A stretch of 64,000 nucleotides of DNA from Vicinamibacterales bacterium (GTDB taxonomy: Bacteria > Acidobacteriota > Vicinamibacteria > Vicinamibacterales > CAVVIG01). Within the stretch, counting starts at the first letter, position 1; every line of letters begins with the position of its first letter. The notes under the pieces were generated by a model that saw only the letters and a list, made by a program, of their open reading frames with translations, was not told the DNA's origin and did not search any database. The position numbers were made by a program, and so were the translations under genes. The stretch spans positions 23,510 through 87,509 of the forward strand of contig DATLRO010000101.1 of the NCBI GenBank assembly GCA_035534615.1, written 5' to 3'. This document shows positions 20,473 through 29,507 of the stretch, piece after piece.

Positions 20473-21546
20473 TCACTGCGGAAACGCGGTGATCACCCGG
20501 GTGCCCGTGCGCGTGCCGCCCGTCAGGGCCTCCATCATCGCGACCAGGTCGTGCACCTCCTGGTCCGTCAGGTGCAGCGGCCGGATCCGCGGGTCCTGGT
20601 ACGGGTTGGGATCGCCGCCCTGGTTGTAGTGGTCGACGACCTCTTCGAGGCTCTTGAGCGAGCCGTCGTGCATGTAGGGCGGATGGAGCGCCACGTCACG
20701 CAGTCCCGGCGTCTTGAACGCGCCGCGGTCGGCCTCCTGGTGCGTGACCGCGTAGCGCCCCTCGTCCGCGAACGTCTTCGCGGCCGGGTTCCAGCCGACG
20801 CCGATGTTGTGGAACCGGCTGTCGGTGAAGTTCTGGCCCAGATGACACTGGTTGCAGGCCGCCTTCCCGAAGAACAGGGCATAGCCGCGCTTGACGGACG
20901 CCGACACGGCCGACTCGTCGTGCTGGAGCCGCCACCGGTCGTACGGTGAATTGCCGCTCATCACGGTCCGCTCGTAATCGGCGATCGCCCTGGCGACCCG
21001 CTCGGCGGTGACGCCGGGGGTGCCGAACGCCTCCTGGAAGTACGGGGCATAGCCGCGAATCGACGCGACGGTCTGCACCATGTGCGCGTGGGTGTTCCCC
21101 ATTTCGACCGGGTTGGCAATCGGCCCGAGCGCCTGCTCTTCGAGCGATGCGGCGCGACCGTCCCAGAAGAAGAACGGAGCGAGCGTCCACGCTTCGTTTT
21201 CGAACGACGGCGACTTGCGCGTCCCCTTCCGGCCGTCGATTCCGGTCGCCACCGCCGTCCTCATCGAGAAGCCGTCGGCGGGGATGTGGCACGTCGCGCA
21301 CGAGATGCGGTGATTGGCCGACAGCCGGGCATCGAAGTAGAGCCACCGCCCCAGCCGGACGCGCGCCGGCGTCGGCGGATCCTTCAACTCGCTGAAGGTC
21401 GACGTGATGCCGAGCGGCGGCGCCGGCAGCGGCTCGATCGGATTCTGCACCTCCCACGCGGAGGGCGAGGATGCGGGCGAGCACGCGGCCGCCAGCGCGC
21501 CCGCCGCGAGCGCCAGCAGCCCATACACGAGAGTGTTTCTCCTCAT
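20473..21546 (-). CDS. Di-haem cytochrome c peroxidase (CCP/MauG family), lipoprotein
   Basis: 357 aa. Lipobox-like LAAAC. Two haem c sites, CATCH and CNQCH. GGAGG SD. Confidence 0.92.
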   Translation of the reverse strand: MRRNTLVYGLLALAAGALAAACSPASSPSAWEVQNPIEPLPAPPLGITSTFSELKDPPTPARVRLGRWLYFDARLSANHRISCATCHIPADGFSMRTAVATGIDGRKGTRKSPSFENEAWTLAPFFFWDGRAASLEEQALGPIANPVEMGNTHAHMVQTVASIRGYAPYFQEAFGTPGVTAERVARAIADYERTVMSGNSPYDRWRLQHDESAVSASVKRGYALFFGKAACNQCHLGQNFTDSRFHNIGVGWNPAAKTFADEGRYAVTHQEADRGAFKTPGLRDVALHPPYMHDGSLKSLEEVVDHYNQGGDPNPYQDPRIRPLHLTDQEVHDLVAMMEALTGGTRTGTRVITAFPQ

Positions 21547-21629
21547 GACCGCCTCCGGGCTGAAATGAATCGTCTGCCGGCGGCACGTCCCCGGCCGGCC
21601 GAGGCGGCCGGCTGGAAGCGCGGAGGTCC

Positions 21630-21662
21630 GGCGGCCGGGCTGCCCCAGAGGGCCCGGCCGCC
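21630..21662 (-). terminator. GC-rich hairpin (11-bp stem, 11-nt loop) between the Met-rich gene and ccp
   Basis: GGCGGCCGGGC / GCCCGGCCGCC arms read directly. No U-tract, so it could be a terminator, an attenuator or a processing site. Confidence 0.35.
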
Positions 21663-21675
21663 GCTTGCCGTCCTC

Positions 21676-22122
21676 CTACATGCCCCGGCGCGCCCAGACC
21701 GGGATCCCTTCTGCGTTGCGCAGCGTGATCACCTGGTCGCCCATCTTGATTTCGCGGGCCAGCAGCGCCTTGTTCCCGCCGAACGTCGTGCGCGCCCCCG
21801 TCACCTCGATCTCGTCGCCCTTCTTGAACGAGATCTTGTGCGACTCGAGGTACCGCGTCGGCCCGACGAGGACTTCGAGCGTTTCCGTCTCCGTCTTCAG
21901 CATCAGATGCGTACCGCTCGCGCCGCCCATCATGCGGCCGGTCTGCTGCACGACATCCTCGACCGTCCCCTTCACGGTGACCTCCTGGCTCTTGTCGTAC
22001 CGCGGCATGCCCATGCCCATGCCGCGCCCCATCGGCGGCTGCACCTGCGCCACCACCGGCATCGCCAGCATCACCATGCCGAACACCGCCGCCATCGAAC
22101 CTGATACGTGTAGCTTGCTCAT
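21676..22122 (-). CDS. Secreted Met-rich protein of unknown function (MGRGMGMGMP motif plus ~100-aa beta-rich domain)
   Basis: Start re-set to ATG 22120..22122 (AGGAGG 6 nt upstream). Signal peptide MSKLHVSGSMAAVFGMVMLAMPVVAQ. GC3-rich codons. Confidence 0.7.
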   Translation of the reverse strand: MSKLHVSGSMAAVFGMVMLAMPVVAQVQPPMGRGMGMGMPRYDKSQEVTVKGTVEDVVQQTGRMMGGASGTHLMLKTETETLEVLVGPTRYLESHKISFKKGDEIEVTGARTTFGGNKALLAREIKMGDQVITLRNAEGIPVWARRGM

Positions 22123-22154
22123 GCAATCCTCCTGAGATACGACTCGCGTTGCCG

Positions 22155-22633
22155 TTACGGCCGGTAGCCGATGCCGATCGCGAAGACGCCGACCGCCTGG
22201 TTCGCGCCGTCCGCAAAGACCCACAGCACACGGACGTCGGGCCGCACGAAGAGATGGTCCGTCAGATGAATCCGGAAGCCGGCGCCGGCGTGCACGGCCG
22301 GATCGTTGAATCCGACGGTCGGCCAGGCGCGCCCGGCCGGCGCCAGCACCGTGCCGAGGCGCCGCGCATAGAAGTTCGGCACGAGGTTGTCGACGCAGGT
22401 CCCCGGGCCAACGCCGGGACCGCCGCCGCAGACCGGGGTTCCGGCCGGTCCGTCAGCCCCACCGTCACGGCCCCGCCGACCGCCGCGCCGGCCTGCCCCG
22501 ATCCGGCCGCGCCCCCTACGCGAAATTCTGCGGAGACCGGGTGCGAGTTCCCGGTGGTCTGTGCCGGTGCCGCCCCGGCGTCGAGCAGCGGCATCAGCCC
22601 CACGCCAACGCCGTATCTGCCCGCAGTTCGCAT
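22155..22633 (-). pseudogene. Small outer-membrane beta-barrel-like gene split over two frames (frameshift or assembly error)
   Basis: The N-terminal part lies in the frame of ORF 22262..22792 (MRTAGRYGVGVGLMPLLDAGAAPAQ..AEFRVGGAAGSGQAGAAVGGAVTVGLTD). The C-terminal part lies in the frame of ORF 22155..22658 (..VDNLVPNFYARRLGTVLAP..AGFRIHLTDHLFVRPDVRVLWVFADG..VGVFAIGIGYRP). The span is 479 nt, not a multiple of 3. The junction is near 22440..22450. Confidence 0.35.
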
Positions 22634-22922
22634 ACATACCCCGTTTCGCCAGCAGCACCCGCGCCCGTTCCAGTCAGTGGGGTCACTCGGTGGGCAACAC
22701 GCTGCCCCCTTGAGCTGCAAATCGCCTTCCAGCCGCCGCGGCCCAGGCCGCCCGCCCCGGCCGGCGCCGCGGCGCCGCGCGGGCGCGGGCACCGGAGCTC
22801 CCGTATACTGGCCTCACGTGCCCGGAGCGATCACGCCGCTGGCGGCGTCGGCTCACGCGGCAGAGGACGCGTGTCGGAGCCGCTTCCGATCTCCGGCCGC
22901 GTCGAACAGGAAGAGGGGCTGG

Positions 22923-23141
22923 ATGCAAGGTGCGCGCTGGCTCGTGCTCTGGTCGGTGATTCTCATTCTCCTGGTCACGATTCCGATCGTCATCGTGTTC
23001 TGGCGATCGAATCGGATGCCGCCGGAGGAGATTATCAGACGCCGGTACGCGCGGGGCGAGATCGATCGTGAAGCCTACGAGCGCATGCTGGAGGATTTGA
23101 GGCAGGATCGAACGAAGCCGCCCGAAACACCGCGGCCATGA
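22923..23141 (+). CDS. SHOCT domain-containing small membrane protein
   Basis: 72 aa from an internal ATG of ORF 22149..23141. One TM helix (WLVLWSVILILLVTIPIVIVFW), then RRRYARGEIDREAYERMLEDL, the SHOCT signature. Confidence 0.8.
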   Translation: MQGARWLVLWSVILILLVTIPIVIVFWRSNRMPPEEIIRRRYARGEIDREAYERMLEDLRQDRTKPPETPRP

Positions 23142-23187
23142 GGGCTGGAGGCGACGGCCGGCGAGCGGGGCGCGGCGGCCGGCGCCG

Positions 23188-24837
23188 TCAGCGTCCCGTG
23201 TCCCCGCTCCCGATTGTCCACACCGTATAGTGCTGCGTCGTCAGCGTCGGGGCGTAGCCCGCTTCGCGGAGCGCCGCGTCCGGCACGTCGATCAGCGGCA
23301 CGGGAAACAGATCGGCGGGCGACGAATCGACCACCGCGCCGATCCGGTGCTGCCGGATGGCGGCCAGCAGCCGGGGCTGCCACACCTCGCGCGACGAGGC
23401 GACTTCGTTCCAGAACACGTCGCGGCCGATGCCCGACCGCCGCAGCGTCCACCAGACACCCCGCTTCGTCACGTCCCGCTCGATCTGCATCATGGTCCCG
23501 GCCAGTTCCGGATAGACCACCAGCTCGGGCCGGTTCGCCTCGAACGCGATGATGGGCGGCACCGCCACCCGCTGGGCCGGTGTCGTGCGCGCCCGGATGA
23601 ACGCGGCGATGCGATCGATCTCCGTCCGGTCGCGGTACCCGAGGCCGTAGCCGCTCCACGCGCCCGGCCCCCAGCCGGGGTGATCGATCGGCGTCACGAA
23701 CGCGAGCAGCCCGATCGCGGCCGCCACCGCCACCGCGGCCAGCGCGCGCGTGACGCGCCGGGCGCCGCCCGCAGCCGGCCTGCGCCGCCAGGCGGCGGCC
23801 ACGTCGGCCACGAGGGCGCCGCCGAACAGCGCGAACCACGGCAGCAGCTCGATGCTGTCGTGCGCCCAGAACGTCGAGTTGAGCACGACCAGCAGCACGA
23901 TCCCGCACGCCAGGTTCAGCAGCGGCAGCAGCCAGGCGCGCAGCCGGCCGGTCCAGACGATCAGCGCCAGCCCGACGAGGCCGAACGCGAACTCGACGTC
24001 GAGACTGTGGAGGAATTCCTGGAACTGGCCGCCCACGGTGTGGAAGCTGGCGTGCAGCAGCCGGAACAGGACGACCTGCGCCATGAACGGCATGCCGAAG
24101 GTCGCCCACAGCGCCGCCGCGGTGACGCCGACCAGCGCGGCCGCCGCCGCGGCGGTCACGATGGCGTCGCGGCGGCGCCGTTCGATCCACAGGTACAGGA
24201 AGAACGCGCCGACGTACGCGACCGCCGTCAGTTTGACCGCCATCGCCAGCGCCAGCAGCAGGCCCATCAGCAGCGCGCGCCGATCGGCCGCGCGGCGATC
24301 GACGAGCTCCGGCCGGAGCGCCAGCCAGGCGGCCGCGAGCACGGGCACGATCAGGTACACCTCGCGCTCGAAGACGTGATAGCGGAACAGGAGCGGACTC
24401 GTGGCGACGATCAGCGCCGCGGCCACGCCGCAGACGCGGCCGCCCAGCGTCCGCCCCAGCCGCCAGACGGCCACGGAGGCGGCGAACGCCGCGATCTGCG
24501 TCAGCGTCTCGGCCGTCCGGATCGACGCCGGGAAGACCTGCATCACGAGCGCCAGCAGGCCTTCCAGGAGGGGAAAGTGCGGCATCGGAAAGCTCGTGTA
24601 CGGCGCGTGGCCGGTCGCCAGCATGAACGCGCAGTTCAGGTAGGACTCGTCTTCGATCCAGACCTGCGGCCACGCCATGCGCACGAGGCGCGGCACGATC
24701 AGCGCCATGACGAGCGCGGCCGTCCACCAGGGCGACACGGGCGCCGCAGGCGCGGGAGGCGGCGGCGGCGTGCGCGCGGGCCCGGGGGACGCCGCGGTGC
24801 GGGAGCCGGCGCGGTGGCCGGCACGATGACGTGTCAC
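23188..24837 (-). CDS. GT-C fold glycosyltransferase, ArnT/PMT (GT39/GT83)-like membrane protein
   Basis: About 11 TM helices. First-loop DE motif (VWIEDESYL). C-terminal soluble domain. The listed ORF overlaps the upstream ATPase gene, so the start is placed at GTG 24837; GTG 24738 or ATG 24708 are alternatives. Confidence 0.7.
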   Translation of the reverse strand: MTRHRAGHRAGSRTAASPGPARTPPPPPAPAAPVSPWWTAALVMALIVPRLVRMAWPQVWIEDESYLNCAFMLATGHAPYTSFPMPHFPLLEGLLALVMQVFPASIRTAETLTQIAAFAASVAVWRLGRTLGGRVCGVAAALIVATSPLLFRYHVFEREVYLIVPVLAAAWLALRPELVDRRAADRRALLMGLLLALAMAVKLTAVAYVGAFFLYLWIERRRRDAIVTAAAAAALVGVTAAALWATFGMPFMAQVVLFRLLHASFHTVGGQFQEFLHSLDVEFAFGLVGLALIVWTGRLRAWLLPLLNLACGIVLLVVLNSTFWAHDSIELLPWFALFGGALVADVAAAWRRRPAAGGARRVTRALAAVAVAAAIGLLAFVTPIDHPGWGPGAWSGYGLGYRDRTEIDRIAAFIRARTTPAQRVAVPPIIAFEANRPELVVYPELAGTMMQIERDVTKRGVWWTLRRSGIGRDVFWNEVASSREVWQPRLLAAIRQHRIGAVVDSSPADLFPVPLIDVPDAALREAGYAPTLTTQHYTVWTIGSGDTGR

Positions 24838-24910
24838 AGGTGGAAGGTGCTCGATTCGGCCGCTCGACGTGCGGTCGGCACCGCATCTTAGCGGCAGCTT
24901 CCTGGCACCG

Positions 24911-27487
24911 TCAAACCGCGCGCGGCCCGGAGCCGGCGCCGCCCGAGGCCGGCCGGCTCGACGGCGCGCCGGCCGCCGCGATCCGGACCTTGACGAGGTC
25001 GCTCCACGCGACGCTGACGGCGGCCGCCGCCAGGCAGATGCCGAGGTCCGCCGCGTGCAGCGTCGAGAACCCGAACAGCGCCCGCAGCGCCGGCACGTAC
25101 AGCACGGCGGCCAGGAGCCCGAGGGCGCCGCCGGTGACACCCCCCAGCATCCGGTTCGCCGACCGGAGGGTCGCCAGCGCGCTGCGGCTCCGCGAGCGGT
25201 TCGAGAAGATCAGCCCGAGGTTGCAGAGGACGAGCGTCGTGAACGTGAGCGCGCGCGCATCGCCCGCGGCGTCTCCCCTCAGCAGCGCCAGGCCGAACAC
25301 CGCGAACGCGACGGCCAGCGCGCCGCCGCCCTGCAGCAGGCTGAGCGCCAGCATGCGCCAGCCGAACAGCGGATCGCGCGGATCGCGCGGCGGCCGCCGC
25401 ATGCTGTCCGGCTCGCCCGGCTCCGCCTCGAAGACGAGCGACGAGGCCGGATCGATGATGAGCTCGAGGAACGCCACGTGCACGGGCCGCAGCACGAGGG
25501 GCCAGCCGAGCAGCACCGGCAGCAGCGACATGCCGATGATCGGCACGTGCACCGCGATCACGTAGGCCATGGCCTTCTTCAGGTTGTCGAAGACGCGGCG
25601 CCCGAGCCGCACGGCGCGGACGATCGACGAGAAGTCGTCGTCCAGCAGCACCAGGTCGGCCGCCTCGCGGGCGACGTCCGTCCCGCGCTCGCCCATGGCG
25701 ATGCCGATGTGCGCCGCCTTCAGCGCCGGCGCGTCGTTCACGCCGTCGCCGGTCATCGCGACCACCTCCCCGTCCGCCTTCAGCGCCTGGACGAGCCGCA
25801 GCTTCTGCTCCGGCAGGACGCGCGCGAAGACGTCCACGGTCGCGGCGCGCGCCCGCAGCGCCTCGTCGCTCAGCGCGTCGAGTTCGGCGCCCGTCAGCGT
25901 ACCGCCGGCCGTCGGCAGCCCGATCTCGAGCGCGATGCGCCGGGCCGTGGCGGGATAGTCCCCCGTCATCATGACGACGCGGATGCCGGCCTCGCGACAC
26001 TCGGCCACGGCCGGCGCGGCCGTCGGCCGGATCGGATCGGCCAGCCCGATGAGCCCGAGGAACTCGAATGGAAAATCGTGCTGCCCCCCCGGCAGATCGC
26101 TCGCCGGCCGCCGCGACCGGGCGACGCCGAGCACCCGCAGCCCTTCGTCCGCCATCCCGCGGACCAGGGCCTCCACTGCGGCGCTCGCCGGTGCCTCCAG
26201 GTGACACAGGTCGACGATCGCCTCCGGCGCCCCCTTGGCCGCCACCACCAGCCCGTTGCCGTCCGTCGCCCGCCAGACGCGCGACATCGCCAGCAGTTCG
26301 TCCGACAGTGGATACTCCCGGACGAGCGTCCAGTCCCGGTGGATGTGCTCCGTGCCGGCAAGGGTCCGGTCGCCGAGCGCCGTGAACGCCCGCTCCATCG
26401 GATCGAACGGATGACGATGGCCCGCGAGAATCGCGAACTCGAGCAGCTCGTGGCACGCGTCCGGCAGCCGCTCGCCCGCCTCTTCGAGCACGTAGCGCCG
26501 ACCGTCGACGACCAGCGCCCGCACCGACATCCGGTTGAGCGTGAGCGTACCGGTCTTGTCGACGCACAGCACCGTCGCCGCGCCGAGCGTCTCGACCGCC
26601 GGGATCCGCCGGGCCAGCACCTGCTGGCGCGACAGCCGCCAGGCGCCGAGCGCCAGCACCACGGTCAGCACGACGGGCAGCTCTTCGGGCAGCACCGCCA
26701 TGGCCAGCGTCAGGCTCGCCAGCAGGCCGTTCAGCCAGTCCCCGCGGGTCAGGCCGTACGCGACGGCCAGCAGCAGGCAGATGGCGAGGCCGAGGCCGGC
26801 CATCCGCCTGACGAACTGCCGGACCTCGCGGCCCAGCGGCGTGCCGGTGTCGCGGATGCCGCGCACGGCCTCGCCGATGCCGCCGATCGCCGTGCGCTCG
26901 CCGGTCGCCTGGACGTCGGCCATCCCCTGCCCGCCGACAATCAGCGTGCCCGAGAACACGAAGGGCTGATCGTCGCCGCCGGGCCGGACCGGTCCCGCGG
27001 CCCCGGCCGCCACGCGCTTGCGGACGGGCACCGATTCGCCGGTCAGAATGGACTCGTCGATCGTGAGATTCGTGGAGGCGCGCAGCACGCCGTCCGCCGG
27101 GACCCGGTCGCCCTCGGTCAGGACGATGAGGTCACCCGGCACGACCTCGCGGCCGGGCACCCGCTTCTGCACACCGCCGCGGATGACGATGGCGCGGGGA
27201 CTCGAGAGATCCCGCAGGGCGGCGAGCGCGCGCTCGGTCTTCCGCTCCTGATACATCGTCAGTCCCATGACGACGAACACGAAGCCGAGGAGCGCGAGCG
27301 CGTCCCTGAGCCCGCCGATCAGGAGGTAGACGGCGCCGCTGGCGACGAGCAGCACGAACATCGGCTCGCTCGCCACCTGCCAGCCGATGCGGAACAGGCT
27401 CCGTCCGCCGCCGGTCCGCAGCTCGTTGGGCCCCCAGAGACGCAGCCGCGCGGCCGCCTCGGCGTCGGACAATCCGCGAAGGTTCAT
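24911..27487 (-). CDS. Cation-transporting P-type ATPase (P2/P3-like, Ca2+/Mg2+ class)
   Basis: 858 aa. LSDAEAAARLRLWGPNEL N-terminus, [14 protein letters not shown] and TGDGVNDAPALK. 10-TM architecture. Confidence 0.92.
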   Translation of the reverse strand: MNLRGLSDAEAAARLRLWGPNELRTGGGRSLFRIGWQVASEPMFVLLVASGAVYLLIGGLRDALALLGFVFVVMGLTMYQERKTERALAALRDLSSPRAIVIRGGVQKRVPGREVVPGDLIVLTEGDRVPADGVLRASTNLTIDESILTGESVPVRKRVAAGAAGPVRPGGDDQPFVFSGTLIVGGQGMADVQATGERTAIGGIGEAVRGIRDTGTPLGREVRQFVRRMAGLGLAICLLLAVAYGLTRGDWLNGLLASLTLAMAVLPEELPVVLTVVLALGAWRLSRQQVLARRIPAVETLGAATVLCVDKTGTLTLNRMSVRALVVDGRRYVLEEAGERLPDACHELLEFAILAGHRHPFDPMERAFTALGDRTLAGTEHIHRDWTLVREYPLSDELLAMSRVWRATDGNGLVVAAKGAPEAIVDLCHLEAPASAAVEALVRGMADEGLRVLGVARSRRPASDLPGGQHDFPFEFLGLIGLADPIRPTAAPAVAECREAGIRVVMMTGDYPATARRIALEIGLPTAGGTLTGAELDALSDEALRARAATVDVFARVLPEQKLRLVQALKADGEVVAMTGDGVNDAPALKAAHIGIAMGERGTDVAREAADLVLLDDDFSSIVRAVRLGRRVFDNLKKAMAYVIAVHVPIIGMSLLPVLLGWPLVLRPVHVAFLELIIDPASSLVFEAEPGEPDSMRRPPRDPRDPLFGWRMLALSLLQGGGALAVAFAVFGLALLRGDAAGDARALTFTTLVLCNLGLIFSNRSRSRSALATLRSANRMLGGVTGGALGLLAAVLYVPALRALFGFSTLHAADLGICLAAAAVSVAWSDLVKVRIAAAGAPSSRPASGGAGSGPRAV

Positions 27488-27493
27488 GGGCGA

Positions 27494-28738
27494 TCAGCGC
27501 AGCCACACGAGCGACGCGATCAGCACGCCGGCGAACGCGGCGAGGCCGCTGACCACCAGCCACCGGAATTTCGGCACGCCGAGCGCGAGGGCGAGCATGG
27601 CCTTGAGCACCGTGTTCGACAGCGCGCCGAGCGCGATGGCCCGGGCAGCGACATCGGCCGCCACGCCCTGCGTGGCGCCGTGCGCCATGGAAATGGTGAG
27701 CGCGTCCATGTCCGTCAGGCCGAGCACCGCACCCGAGACCGACAGCCCGAGGGTGCTGAACCGCATCCGCACGAACGCCACGGCGAACAGGACGAGCTGG
27801 AACAGCAGCGCCATCTGCAGCGCCGACCCGAGCTGCAGCGGATTGCCCGGCGGGGTCACGTGCACGGCCTCGCGCGAGACGCGCCGCAGGCCGATCAGCA
27901 CGAACGCCGTCCCGACCGCGAACGGCCCGACGAACACCGGCACCTCGGCGCGCGCCACGTCGAGGTTCAGCACGGCCGACGCCACGAGCACGCGCAGGAG
28001 CATCACCGTGCAGGCGGCCACGACGCCGATCGCGAGCGGCGCCGCGACCTCGTGCTCCGTCCGGCTCGCCCGGGCGAATGTGTAGGTGACGCTGGTCGAC
28101 GAGACGAGCCCGCCCAGCAGCCCGGCCAGCGGATAGCCGCTGCGCGCGCCGGCCGCCCGCCGCGCGATGTACCCGAGGAAGCTCAGACCCGAGAAGAACA
28201 GCACCAGCGCCCAGAGCTGGCGCGGCTGCACGCCGCCCAGCGGGCCGTACGGGCCCTCCGGCAGCAGCGGCAGGATCACGACCGCCATGACCGCGAATCG
28301 GAAGCCGGCACGCAGCTCCGCGTCGTTCAGGCGTGCGACGAGCGCGTGCAGCCGCGACTTCTCGATCAGCAGCAGGCTGGTGATCGCGACCACCGCGCTC
28401 GCCAGCGCCAGGTAGCCCGCTCCGGCCGCCACGGCCGCCGCCAGCACGACGAGCGCCGCCACTTCGGTGGTGCCGTCCACGTCCCGGCGGCCGGCCGCCG
28501 CGTACGCCACCACCACCAGCGCCGCCGCCCCCGCCAGCAGCACCGTGGCCAGCCACTGGAATCCGGCCAGCCAGAGCCAGCCCGACAGCCCGCCGAACAG
28601 ACCGAGCAGCGTGAACGTGCGGATGCCGGCAAAGTGCGCCGTCGGTCCGGTCGCGCGCCCGGACCATTCCCGCTCGGTGCCGACGGCAGCCCCGCCGATC
28701 GCCGCGACGATGATGCCGAGCGCACTTGGGACGGTCAT
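27494..28738 (-). CDS. MgtC/SapB family protein with C-terminal DUF4010-type membrane domain
   Basis: 414 aa. N-terminal GIIVAAIGGAAVGTEREW.. MgtC-like motif followed by a polytopic extension. Its stop lies 6 nt upstream of the ATPase start. Confidence 0.85.
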   Translation of the reverse strand: MTVPSALGIIVAAIGGAAVGTEREWSGRATGPTAHFAGIRTFTLLGLFGGLSGWLWLAGFQWLATVLLAGAAALVVVAYAAAGRRDVDGTTEVAALVVLAAAVAAGAGYLALASAVVAITSLLLIEKSRLHALVARLNDAELRAGFRFAVMAVVILPLLPEGPYGPLGGVQPRQLWALVLFFSGLSFLGYIARRAAGARSGYPLAGLLGGLVSSTSVTYTFARASRTEHEVAAPLAIGVVAACTVMLLRVLVASAVLNLDVARAEVPVFVGPFAVGTAFVLIGLRRVSREAVHVTPPGNPLQLGSALQMALLFQLVLFAVAFVRMRFSTLGLSVSGAVLGLTDMDALTISMAHGATQGVAADVAARAIALGALSNTVLKAMLALALGVPKFRWLVVSGLAAFAGVLIASLVWLR

Positions 28739-28930
28739 GAATGAATGGGCCGGGCGGGGCCGGCTTCCCGATCATGCGTGATTGCCGCCGGTCCGGCAAG
28801 CCGCGACACACACGTGTGACGCGGTCTCATGCGCGGAGGACCGGGGAATTTTCCGGTGAATTCAGGGTCGCCGACAGGCGCTCGTCGACCGGTCGGACCG
28901 AGGCGGGACCACGACGAGGGGCCGCGGGAG

Positions 28931-28952
28931 CCGGTCCGGGTCCCCGGACCGG
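28931..28952 (-). terminator. Perfect GC hairpin CCGGTCCGGG/CCCGGACCGG about 20 nt after the hsp20 stop
   Basis: Read directly. Flanked by a second pairing, GCGGGAG/CTCCCGC. No U-tract. Confidence 0.45.
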
Positions 28953-28970
28953 CCGCCGCCCCTCCCGCTG

Positions 28971-29507
28971 TTACTCCTTGACGTCGATCCGACGGCCCGT
29001 CTGCGCGGCCTTGGGCGGGGCAGGCATCGTCACTTCGAGGACTCCATCACGGAACGTCGCGCTGATCTTGTCGGCCAGGACGCCCTCGGGCAGCGGAACC
29101 ATCCGGAAGAAGGAGCCGTAGCAGCGCTCGCTGCGATAGTAACCCCCCTTCTTCTCTTCACTTTCCTGCTTCCGCTCGCCACGGATGCTCAGCCCGTCGT
29201 CGGTCACCTCAACCTTCACGTCGTCCTTCTTCAGCCCCGGCAGGTCGGCCCGGACGATGAACTGACCGTTCTTCTCGAGCATCTCAATCTGCGGCGCCCA
29301 CAGGTTTTCAGCCGTCCCTCCGCGCCAGAGCGGCGCCAGCCAGGGATGACCGAAGCCGAAATCCTCGAAGAACCGGTCCATTTCTCCGCCAAGTCGACGC
29401 AGCGTGGTACCCGGCCAGGTCGCCCAGGGATCGTAACGCACGACATCGGGCTTGCTGCTCTCGCCCGCCGTCTTGCTCTCGGGTCTCTCGAGTGTCGTTG
29501 TTGCCAT
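28971..29507 (-). CDS. Hsp20/alpha-crystallin family small heat-shock protein
   Basis: 178 aa. Alpha-crystallin domain (APQIEMLEKNGQFIVRADLPGLKKDDVKVEV..LSIRGERK..ERCYGSFFRMVPLP..ATFRDGVLEVTMP). AAGGAG SD. Confidence 0.93.
   Translation of the reverse strand: MATTTLERPESKTAGESSKPDVVRYDPWATWPGTTLRRLGGEMDRFFEDFGFGHPWLAPLWRGGTAENLWAPQIEMLEKNGQFIVRADLPGLKKDDVKVEVTDDGLSIRGERKQESEEKKGGYYRSERCYGSFFRMVPLPEGVLADKISATFRDGVLEVTMPAPPKAAQTGRRIDVKE

Noticed and set aside
28739-28970. Mg2+ (M-box/ykoK) riboswitch upstream of the mgtC-ATPase operon
   Set aside because: The 232-nt leader shows only simple GC hairpins. I could not recognise conserved M-box sequence blocks. This needs an Rfam scan to exclude it formally.
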